From the NCBI GenBank assembly GCA_048571215.1, contig CP182352.1, forward strand, positions 1,696,001-1,760,000: a stretch of DNA of 64,000 bases, read 5' to 3'. Positions 19,496-30,192 of the stretch are shown piece after piece. Position numbers and translations under genes: made by a program. Positions within the stretch are counted from its first letter, which is position 1, and each line of letters starts with the position of its first letter. The notes below the pieces were generated by a model. That model saw nothing but the letters and a program-made list of their open reading frames with translations, was not told where the DNA came from and did not search any database. The stretch comes from Halarcobacter sp. (GTDB taxonomy: Bacteria; Campylobacterota; Campylobacteria; Campylobacterales; Arcobacteraceae).

Positions 19496-21208
19496 TTATT
19501 TTCTTATTTTTGATATTGCCTTGATAACACTGCATTTAGTATTATTTTTAATCCATTCCGCCTTACTTGCCCAAAGTGCTTGACATACTCCATATATTTG
19601 TAAGTTTTCATTTTGTATATCGTCACTTTTCTTTTTTATCTTTTTTAAAAAATTAAACTTGTCCTGGATACGCTTTTTACATATCTTTGAATAAGGAACA
19701 CCTTCACATACGTTTTGTGCTTTTTTTTCTATCAGAGTTTCGGCCTTATTTCTTAATTCTTTTATCTCCTTTGGAAATAACTTTAAATCTTCAAATTGTC
19801 TAATATAAGTCATTATACTTATATTTAAATTCATTTCATGTGCTTTTTGTGCAGTATCTAATCCCATGCTAGAAAGTTCATAAGATGTATAATTTGGATA
19901 CATGGATGTGTAGTCATATTTTGCTGCACAAAATTGATTATTTATAGGGTTCTTAGGTATTAGAATTGAGTTTGATATAAGACCATTTTTTGAATTTTCT
20001 TTTGAATTTTCTTTAGTGCTTTCTAATGTTCTAATCTCATTTGGATAATCGGTAATTGAACCAACGTTTATTTCAATGATTTTTTTCTCTTTAGTACTAT
20101 CATTAACTTTAATTTCTACGGTTCTATTATCATCAACATAGCCTAAATGTGTATGTGCGGAAATGTATCCCAACGCATATTGACTTTTGAATATTTGTTT
20201 AAACTGATCCAATAATTTTGGTTCAAATTCACTTAATGGATGATGTCCAAAAACAATAAAATATTGTTTATTAATCTCTAAATTTTTTACCCATTTTTTA
20301 ATCTCATCCATTTGATCAACTGTTATACCTGCCGTCATTCCTGGATTACGATTTTTTCCATAATGTCGTTTTGAACTTATTGCACCATAAAAATTTAATG
20401 GTTTATTCTTATAATTTGCAGTATCTATTACAATACCCTTGAGGGAACCTTGTTCTGTTTCTTTAGATAAATTGATACGTTGAAGTATAAATGATTTATA
20501 ATTATCTTCTTCTGCTTTAAACCTCTTAACATATATTTTGTCAATTAAAGCATTAAAGCTTTTCTCTTCATTTATATTTTTATCTTTATATTTATCTGAA
20601 TTAAGTATAAATTCTAAATACTTATTTATAAATTTTCCTTTTGTCATTCTTGATGATAAATATTCACTCTTTGATACATTCTTCTCATCATAAATAGATT
20701 TATCATAACAAGATTTTCCCCACTGTAGTTTTATATTATTCGTATAACCAGCAGTTGTACCGAACCAAAAAAAGTCATGATTGCCAGGAGCCATAACAAA
20801 TTTATCTTTGTTTTCGGCAAGTAAATCACTAAAGGTTTTCCATTCATTTTCACAAGCAATATTTAGTGCATCCCCTAAATGAATGATATTTTTTTTCTTA
20901 GCATCTTCTTGTTTTAAAACCCATTTAAATAAATATTCAGAATATATATCAAGCTGAGGAGGTCTAATAGCTACGCTTGATGGTATCTCTGCATATTGAT
21001 TCCTCATTATTGATGGATCTGTAAAGATATTACTAAATTGGTTATCTCCTATCAAAAGAACATCATGTTTTAGATCAAAGCTAGTAAAACCAAGGGTTTG
21101 CTTTGAAACAACATTCCGGTTTTTATAGTTTATATCTAATGCTTTTGGAGCACATCCTGTATAAAATACTATAGCTATAATTAAAGTGATATATTTTTTT
21201 CGTTGCAT
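19496..21208 (-). CDS. Metallophosphoesterase lipoprotein; first gene after an attI-like site
   Basis: YTGC lipobox; GDNQ, HLGD, PGNHD, GHHP and AHTH motifs. Confidence 0.85.
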   Translation of the reverse strand: MQRKKYITLIIAIVFYTGCAPKALDINYKNRNVVSKQTLGFTSFDLKHDVLLIGDNQFSNIFTDPSIMRNQYAEIPSSVAIRPPQLDIYSEYLFKWVLKQEDAKKKNIIHLGDALNIACENEWKTFSDLLAENKDKFVMAPGNHDFFWFGTTAGYTNNIKLQWGKSCYDKSIYDEKNVSKSEYLSSRMTKGKFINKYLEFILNSDKYKDKNINEEKSFNALIDKIYVKRFKAEEDNYKSFILQRINLSKETEQGSLKGIVIDTANYKNKPLNFYGAISSKRHYGKNRNPGMTAGITVDQMDEIKKWVKNLEINKQYFIVFGHHPLSEFEPKLLDQFKQIFKSQYALGYISAHTHLGYVDDNRTVEIKVNDSTKEKKIIEINVGSITDYPNEIRTLESTKENSKENSKNGLISNSILIPKNPINNQFCAAKYDYTSMYPNYTSYELSSMGLDTAQKAHEMNLNISIMTYIRQFEDLKLFPKEIKELRNKAETLIEKKAQNVCEGVPYSKICKKRIQDKFNFLKKIKKKSDDIQNENLQIYGVCQALWASKAEWIKNNTKCSVIKAISKIRK

Positions 21209-21225
21209 TTTTTTCTCCTATAAAT

Positions 21226-21255
21226 ACTTAACTATTTAATAATAATACATTATAT
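21226..21255 (-). other. attI-like site
   Basis: attattaaata-GTTAAGT. Confidence 0.65.
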
Positions 21256-21466
21256 ATATTTATTGCTTAATTATCTCAACTACTAGATATTTACATAAAA
21301 TATCCTTAAAATAGGTATTCAATGAAAGTTTATTACAAAATGTAATATTTTTGAATTGATTTTTTATTTTTAATTATAATTAAAATATATATTTTTTGTC
21401 TAAATAACTGTAATAACAATACACTATGTATGTTAATTGGAAAAAAACATAATAATACTGATACAA

Positions 21467-21508
21467 ATGACTAAAAAATTACTTGATATTATGAGGAATA
21501 AATTCTAA
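21467..21508 (+). pseudogene. intI-like 5' stub MTKKLLDIMRNKF*
   Basis: Same truncation junction as the other 13-codon stubs. Confidence 0.65.
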
Positions 21509-21855
21509 ATATTCACTTTTTGCCTGCAAGCAGGATTACATATTGAAAAAAGTAAAATAAAAATAACCCGCGGGTTTCGAAGATGAAACTTCCCTCGTTT
21601 ATTATTTATTGTTTCTGTTTCGTCTTGTGCTTGCACTCTCTTTGAGAAAACTCACATAAAAATATGCTCCTAGCATATTTGTTCTGTTCAAACAGTTACA
21701 AAACTTCTCCGAAACAATAAATAAACACATGGCTTCTCAAATGCGGAAAAGTGGGATAATGACCTTTACTTTTTTAAGTATCATTTTATTTTAGTTGGTG
21801 TAATACTCAACAATTATTATAAAAGTGGAGATTCATTCTCTGGGGTGTTATTTTT
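21509..21855 (+). repeat. Structured repeat copy 5
   Basis: Hairpin and tail with two mini-inserts. Confidence 0.9.
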
Positions 21856-21886
21856 TTCTATATATTTTTATAGTTTAGGAGATATT

Positions 21887-21928
21887 ATGGGTAAAAAACT
21901 ACTTGATATAATAAAGGATAAATTTTAA
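21887..21928 (+). pseudogene. intI-like 5' stub MGKKLLDIIKDKF*
   Basis: AGGAG RBS; same junction. Confidence 0.65.
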
Positions 21929-22153
21929 ATATTCACTTTTTTGCCTGCAAGCAGGATTAGATATTGAAAAAAGTAAAATAAAACCATCCCACAGGTTTCG
22001 AAGATAAAACTTCCCTCGCTTATTATTTATTGCTTCTCAAATGCGGGAAAGTGGGATAATGACCTTTGCATTTTTTGATACCATTTTATTTTAGTTGGTG
22101 TGATACTCAATAATTATTATAAAAGTGGAGATTCATCCTCTGGAGTGTTATTT
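21929..22153 (+). repeat. Structured repeat copy 6 (hairpin interior deleted)
   Basis: ttatttattg joined directly to cttctcaaatgcggg. Confidence 0.9.
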
Positions 22154-22173
22154 AGTTTTAACAAAATATAATA

Positions 22174-22680
22174 TTAGGATTTATTAATTTTAGATTTAAC
22201 TTTATTAATAAATTCTTCAACATTACCTTCAAGTATATTTCTACATTTTGGAACAATATGTGCACCTCCCAAAGTATTACTTACTAAGATAAAATAATGT
22301 TTTTTTGACTCTACTACTTTAGTTATTGCTGATAAATCATATATAGTTTCATTAACATCTGTCAATTCTTTAAATTTATCTCCATCAATAATTAAAGTAT
22401 GTTCACAAAGTATTCCTTCACCTTTATATAATAAAGCAATAATTCCAGATAAAATAAAACTGATTATAGCCATTACCAATATAAATACTACAATTTGAGA
22501 TAAAATTGAACCTATAATAAATATACTTGAATATCCATCATTAAGCATTTTTAAAAATGACCATACTAAAAAAATAATTAAAACAAAAATTATAGATATC
22601 ATAATGGATTTAATCATAAATATTGACCTAATTTGATAATTAAATAAATCTTTTCGTGTATTTATGTATTTTATTTTCAT
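22174..22680 (-). CDS. YcxB-like membrane protein
   Basis: Two TM segments; C-terminal I.KVVESKKHYFI and AHIVPK pattern. Confidence 0.7.
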   Translation of the reverse strand: MKIKYINTRKDLFNYQIRSIFMIKSIMISIIFVLIIFLVWSFLKMLNDGYSSIFIIGSILSQIVVFILVMAIISFILSGIIALLYKGEGILCEHTLIIDGDKFKELTDVNETIYDLSAITKVVESKKHYFILVSNTLGGAHIVPKCRNILEGNVEEFINKVKSKINKS

Positions 22681-22883
22681 TTAAATATTCCTTTATAAAA
22701 GATTTTACTATGATTGCTTATTAATGCATAAAACTTTAATACTAAGTTACCATATAATTATTATCATTATTTTAGTACTTTTAATCTTAATAGATATTAA
22801 ATTAGGACTAAATAGATTTATAATATGTCTTTAGAGTATTAGGTTTAAATGAATTAGTATCTAAAATACCACAAAACTATTAG

Positions 22884-22900
22884 TTTTTAAGGTGGCAACT
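22884..22900 (+). mobile_element. Isolated IS110 3'-end motif
   Basis: tttttaaggtggcaact is the reverse complement of 9059-9075. Confidence 0.5.
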
Positions 22901-22907
22901 GACCCAT

Positions 22908-22992
22908 ATTTTCTTTTAGTTGGTGTGATACTCAATAATTATTATAAAAGTGGAGATTCAACCTCAGGGGTGTTATTTAGGGGTGTTATTTT
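22908..22992 (+). repeat. Structured repeat copy 7 (tail only, 13-bp terminal duplication)
   Basis: aggggtgttattt occurs twice, 22966-22991. Confidence 0.85.
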
Positions 22993-23001
22993 CAAGGTTC
23001 T

Positions 23002-23682
23002 TTAAAGTTTAATTGCTTTTGTAATAGCAAAATTATACATTCTCCAATAACAAGCACTTTGTTGAAACCCAACTTCTTTTAACCAATCAAAATGATTTGA
23101 TAAAATAATTGGAAAATCTTTTTCAATATGTTTTTCATACCAAAACTCTGGGTTTTCACCTTGCTCTTTCATAAACTGTTTCCAAAGAGAATATTGATGT
23201 TCTCTAACCTCTTTATCTTCATCTATGATAATATCATTTGAGATATAAACTGCATTTTGATTTGCACTATTAAAAAGTTTTTGATAAAAAACTTTTCTCT
23301 CTTCCCAATTTAGATGATGTAGTGTCATACCTGTTAAAATTATATCGTATGATTTTCCAATTGAATCTATTTTATAATCCCCTTGGATCAATTCATAGTT
23401 TTTTGTATATTTTGATATTTTTTGTTCATAAGCTTTTAGCATTTCAGTAGTAATATCAAATCCAGTGATATGTGAATTTGGAAGTTTCTTTAAAACAATT
23501 TCAGACAATATACCATTACCACAACCTAAATCCAATACTTTATAATTTTTACTTTTATTGTTTGGTAATAAATCAAATATGATTTTATGTTGTTCTAAAT
23601 ATTGTGGAACCAATCTTATCATCAATGCTTCATAATCAGAAGCTTGTTGTGCAAAATGTTCTTGTATATTTATATCTTTCAT
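23002..23682 (-). CDS. Class I SAM-dependent methyltransferase (cassette; probable start MKDINIQ)
   Basis: VLDLGCGNG and LHHL motifs; GAGGA RBS overlaps the attC core. Confidence 0.9.
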   Translation of the reverse strand: MKDINIQEHFAQQASDYEALMIRLVPQYLEQHKIIFDLLPNNKSKNYKVLDLGCGNGILSEIVLKKLPNSHITGFDITTEMLKAYEQKISKYTKNYELIQGDYKIDSIGKSYDIILTGMTLHHLNWEERKVFYQKLFNSANQNAVYISNDIIIDEDKEVREHQYSLWKQFMKEQGENPEFWYEKHIEKDFPIILSNHFDWLKEVGFQQSACYWRMYNFAITKAIKL

Positions 23683-23688
23683 TTTATC

Positions 23689-23744
23689 CTCTAACGCCTC
23701 AATCAGCCGATGCATTAGCGGTCGGCTGAATTGATTTGTTAGCG
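23689..23744 (-). other. Short canonical attC site
   Basis: CGCTAAC aaatcaattcagccgaccgctaatgcatcggctgattgaggc GTTAGAG. Confidence 0.93.
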
Positions 23745-24172
23745 CATGTAGCTTTAGTAACGAATTCAAAACCAAATACAACACAAAAAGACATCAGCAA
23801 CCAAACAAGCCATTTAAAGAAATTTTGCACCAAGACAACGTGAATTGGATTTCCAACCACATAATCCATAATTGGCTGCCTAAAAAACGCACCATGGATA
23901 GCCATAAGCAAGACAGAAAATACTAAGGCCGCTTTAAATTTACCAAAACCAATTAGCTTATTGCGGGCAAGATAATATAGTGCTATTGCAGCTATCCCGT
24001 ATTCCAGAGAAGTAACTCCAGCAATATAGCGAACATCCCAAGACGGCTGAATTGATAGCCCCTGCATCTGACTACTAATCCAAGAGGGAAGCCATTCTAC
24101 GGTTGCTACATGAACAATGAAACTAGTTGCAGAGGCAACTACAGCAACGATAAAAATAAGAAAAAATTTCAT
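23699..24172 (-). CDS. Hypothetical membrane protein (GC-richer cassette)
   Basis: Four hydrophobic segments; ORF reads through the attC (ANKSIQPTANASAD). Confidence 0.8.
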   Translation of the reverse strand: MKFFLIFIVAVVASATSFIVHVATVEWLPSWISSQMQGLSIQPSWDVRYIAGVTSLEYGIAAIALYYLARNKLIGFGKFKAALVFSVLLMAIHGAFFRQPIMDYVVGNPIHVVLVQNFFKWLVWLLMSFCVVFGFEFVTKATCANKSIQPTANASAD

Positions 24173-24185
24173 AACTCTCCTTGCG

Positions 24186-24213
24186 TGCTAACTATTTATT
24201 AGTACTATATTAT
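24186..24213 (-). other. attI-like site
   Basis: actaataaata-GTTAGCA. Confidence 0.75.
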
Positions 24214-24481
24214 ATATAAATAATATATAAATTCACCTAATAGCACTACATTTTTTATGATAAGATACTAAATTGCTATAAAGCCCTTAAATAAGCTATT
24301 TTTAGTATTATTTAAATAATATATTACAATATGTAATATTTTATAAACCTAAATTGTATATTTGATATAATTTTTAATGTTAGACTATTAACGTATATCC
24401 GTAATAGCTTATCAAAATGTTATGCTATTGATTAAAAATCGTAATAGTTTAACAAAATGCTAAATATATCAGGAGTAAAAA

Positions 24482-24523
24482 ATGGATAAGAAACTACTAG
24501 ATATTATGAGTGATAAATTCTAA
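24482..24523 (+). pseudogene. intI-like 5' stub MDKKLLDIMSDKF*
   Basis: Identical to 15519-15560. Confidence 0.65.
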
Positions 24524-24806
24524 ATATTCACTTTTTTATTGAAAAAAGTAAAACAAAAAGCAACCCGCGGGTTTCGAAGGCAGAAGCTCCCCTCGCTTAT
24601 TATTTATTGTTTCTGTTTTGTAAAACTCACATAAAAATATGCTCCTAGCATATTTGTTCTGTTCAAACAGTTACAAAACTTTTCCGAAACAATAAATAAG
24701 CACTCAGCTTCTCAAATGCGGGAAGGTGGGAAACTGACCTTTGCATTTTTTAGTACCATTTTATTTTAGTGGGTGTGATACTCAACAATTATTATAAAAG
24801 TGGAGA
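24524..24806 (+). repeat. Structured repeat copy 8
   Basis: Hairpin and tail, truncated at gtggaga. Confidence 0.9.
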
Positions 24807-24807
24807 C

Positions 24808-25161
24808 TCATTCTTTATAGTTTATTTTTTTATAATAACCTGCATTCCTCAAATCATTTATTCTAAATATTAGTACATAATATAAAGATGGCATTACTGA
24901 TACTATATAAACTGCAAAAATTAAAAATAGATAAAAATTTGAGCTATTTATTAAAGTTCTATAAGTATTTATTAAATAAAAGAGAGGATAAATACTAATT
25001 AAACTATAAATAAGATATATAATAAAACCTAAAAAAGTAACAAAATTTTTTTTAAATTTTTTTATTTTTATTAAAAAGTATACATATATTTTAGATATTA
25101 TTAAAAGTAAAACACTTGATATAATTATAAATATAATTAACTCTAATATATTCTCTATCAT
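24808..25161 (-). CDS. Hypothetical membrane protein
   Basis: AAGGTG RBS; hydrophobic and very AT-rich. Confidence 0.6.
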   Translation of the reverse strand: MIENILELIIFIIISSVLLLIISKIYVYFLIKIKKFKKNFVTFLGFIIYLIYSLISIYPLFYLINTYRTLINSSNFYLFLIFAVYIVSVMPSLYYVLIFRINDLRNAGYYKKINYKE

Positions 25162-25246
25162 TTTTCACCTTTGCATGGACAATAATATCAAAAATAATTA
25201 TATTAATAAATAAAGTGATGTTATAAATATTAGATTTTAATTTTAA

Positions 25247-25322
25247 TCAAGGCGAAGTGAAAATTTTAAGAGGAGCGTACATGCAAGTACATGAGTATTA
25301 AATTTTTTACTTCCAACAACGC
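25247..25322. repeat. Palindromic element (CAAGGCG...GAGCGTAC/GTACATGA...CAAC type)
   Basis: aagtgaaaatttta...taaattttttactt stem; related to 26739-26858. Confidence 0.6.
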
Positions 25323-25788
25323 GTCTGGTTGCTTTTTGCCTTACTTTTTAGAACATGTAATCCTGCTTGCAGGCAAAAAAGTGAGAAAACGGAAAGCCTC
25401 GCTCTACAAGACAACTGCATACAGTTAATACTATTATCAAAATATTTGAGTATAAATAAACTTTTGAAGTACGTCTTAACTCTTCTCGACTTTTTTTATG
25501 AAAAAAAAGTAGCAAAAAATCACCCGCGGAGTTTTGGAGGTGAAACTACCCTCGCTTATTATTTATTGTTTCTGTTTTGTAAAACTCACATAAAAATATG
25601 CTCCCAGCATATTTGTTCTGTTCAAACAGTTACAAAACTTCTCCAAAACAATAAATAAACACTCGGCTTCTCAAATGCGGGAAGGTGGGATTATGACCTT
25701 TGCATTTTTTTATACCATTTTATTTTAATTGGTATAATACTCAACAATTATTATAAAAGTGGAGATTCATCCTCTAGGGTATTATTTT
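25312..25788 (+). repeat. Structured repeat copy 9 (longest uninterrupted copy)
   Basis: Left arm, hairpin and tail. Confidence 0.9.
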
Positions 25789-26431
25789 AATATTTATAAA
25801 TATATTTAGGTAAAAAAATGAAAATCAAATAATTAAGTATAAAAAGTATACATGCAGGCAACATTGAAATAATAAAAAAAAGCCCACTAAAACAGCCACT
25901 TCCACAAGTGTTTCCTTCATACCAAAGATATAATGCACCTAAGGTGGGGAGAATAGATAAAATAAATAAAAATTTTCCAAAAAATAAATATTTATTTTTC
26001 TTTTTTAAAATATTATATATTTTATAAGAAGGTATTAGTGGTATTAAATGTGCTAATACCAATACAAAAGTAAAAAAAAACATAAACTCGGATTTAATTA
26101 TAAATAAAAAAGGAAAACTCAATAATATTGCAATTAAAAAATAGTATAAAACGAATTTATAATTAATTTTTTCTTTCTTAATACTAATATAATTATTCAC
26201 TTTATATATTTTATTATCTAAAATTAATGTTTTTTCAGTTAATAAAATATAATCATTAATTGTATCATAATAAAAACTTTCATCATTTTCTACGATAAAG
26301 ACAATTTTATTATATAAATTAGTTTCATCAACAGCTAAATATGGGTAGTTTTTCTTAATCTCATCTTCAACTGATAATGGACTTTTTTTATTATTTAATA
26401 ATATAAGTTTTATTGTATCTCTTAAATTCAT
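25787..26431 (-). CDS. Hypothetical membrane protein
   Basis: 214-aa ORF with four C-terminal TM segments. Confidence 0.65.
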   Translation of the reverse strand: MNLRDTIKLILLNNKKSPLSVEDEIKKNYPYLAVDETNLYNKIVFIVENDESFYYDTINDYILLTEKTLILDNKIYKVNNYISIKKEKINYKFVLYYFLIAILLSFPFLFIIKSEFMFFFTFVLVLAHLIPLIPSYKIYNILKKKNKYLFFGKFLFILSILPTLGALYLWYEGNTCGSGCFSGLFFIISMLPACILFILNYLIFIFLPKYIYKY

Positions 26432-26738
26432 AGTATTCTTTTTTAAAAATCATAAAAAAGATTATAATATATATGCTCTAAAATATTATTGAATTGTAAA
26501 AAACATCATCCATTTTTACTTTAAAATTGAGATTATAATGCCACTAAAAATTAAGACAAGAATTTTAAAAGATTAATCTCAAAAATAATTAAAGTTAATT
26601 TATGAATTTCCATTTTCATACCTTTTTAATTTAAATTAGTAAATTATAATTAAAATATTTATAATAAAAAATATATATTACAATATGCAATAAAAAGTGA
26701 TGTTAGAAATTTTAAGTTTAGTTAATTAAATAATATAG

Positions 26739-26858
26739 AAAGCTTTAGAATTTAAAGAGGCAAGGCAGGCAAGTTTTTAGAGGCAGGAGCTTACAAGTAG
26801 TAAGTGACTGTCTCTAAAAATGAAGCTGAACGAAGCATATTTAAAAAGCTAAAGCTTT
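26739..26858. repeat. Palindromic element directly after the guaB stop
   Basis: aaagctttag...ctaaagcttt outer stem; tttttagaggcag...ctgtctctaaaaa inner stem. Confidence 0.7.
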
Positions 26859-29679
<2,821 letters not shown>

Positions 29680-29779
29680 ATCTCTCTCCTAAGGGGTATA
29701 GTATTGCGCGGTATTATATATAAAAAATGATTAAAAAGGGGTAAAGTATTTAGGTAAATAAAAATTTATTTTGCAGAAA

Positions 29780-29806
29780 AAAAGGGAGTAATTTCTTACT
29801 CCCTTT
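29780..29806 (-). terminator. Intrinsic terminator after rplQ
   Basis: aaagggagtaa-tttc-ttactcccttt hairpin with T run on the minus strand. Confidence 0.8.
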
Positions 29807-29827
29807 ATATATTTTATTTAATAAGTA

Positions 29828-30178
29828 TTAAACAAATGAGATGAATGCCATTGGTGTAGCATCACCTCTTCTAATTCTTGTTTTAACAATCGAAGTATAT
29901 CCACCATTTCTATCTACATATCTTGGTGCAATCTCAGCGATTAGTTTTTTTGTTGCTTCTTTATCTTGTAATAAAGCAAATACTGTTCTATGAGTATTTA
30001 AGTCTGCATTTCTAGCAGTTGTGATTAATCTTTCGATATATCTTTTTAACTCTTTTGCTTTAGGAACAGTTGTCTCAATCTTCTCTCTTTCGATAATTGC
30101 GATTGCTAAGTTTTTTAGTAACGCTTTTCTATGAGGAGAAGTTCTGTTTAATCTTCTATATCCGTGCTTATGTCTCAT
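29828..30178 (-). CDS. rplQ: 50S ribosomal protein L17
   Basis: MRH..., ETTVPKAKE and GGYT..RRGD motifs. Confidence 0.98.
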   Translation of the reverse strand: MRHKHGYRRLNRTSPHRKALLKNLAIAIIEREKIETTVPKAKELKRYIERLITTARNADLNTHRTVFALLQDKEATKKLIAEIAPRYVDRNGGYTSIVKTRIRRGDATPMAFISFV

Positions 30179-30192
30179 CTCAATCCCTTAAT

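Noticed and set aside
25329..25658. 109-aa ORF
   Set aside because: Lies wholly in repeat copy 9; no evidence the frame is kept in other copies.
8591..25788. Repeats as a CRISPR array
   Set aside because: Units are 85-480 bp, irregularly spaced by whole genes, and there are no cas genes.
1..26858. A complete integron with intI
   Set aside because: No tyrosine recombinase ORF in the window; only stubs of at most 13 codons.
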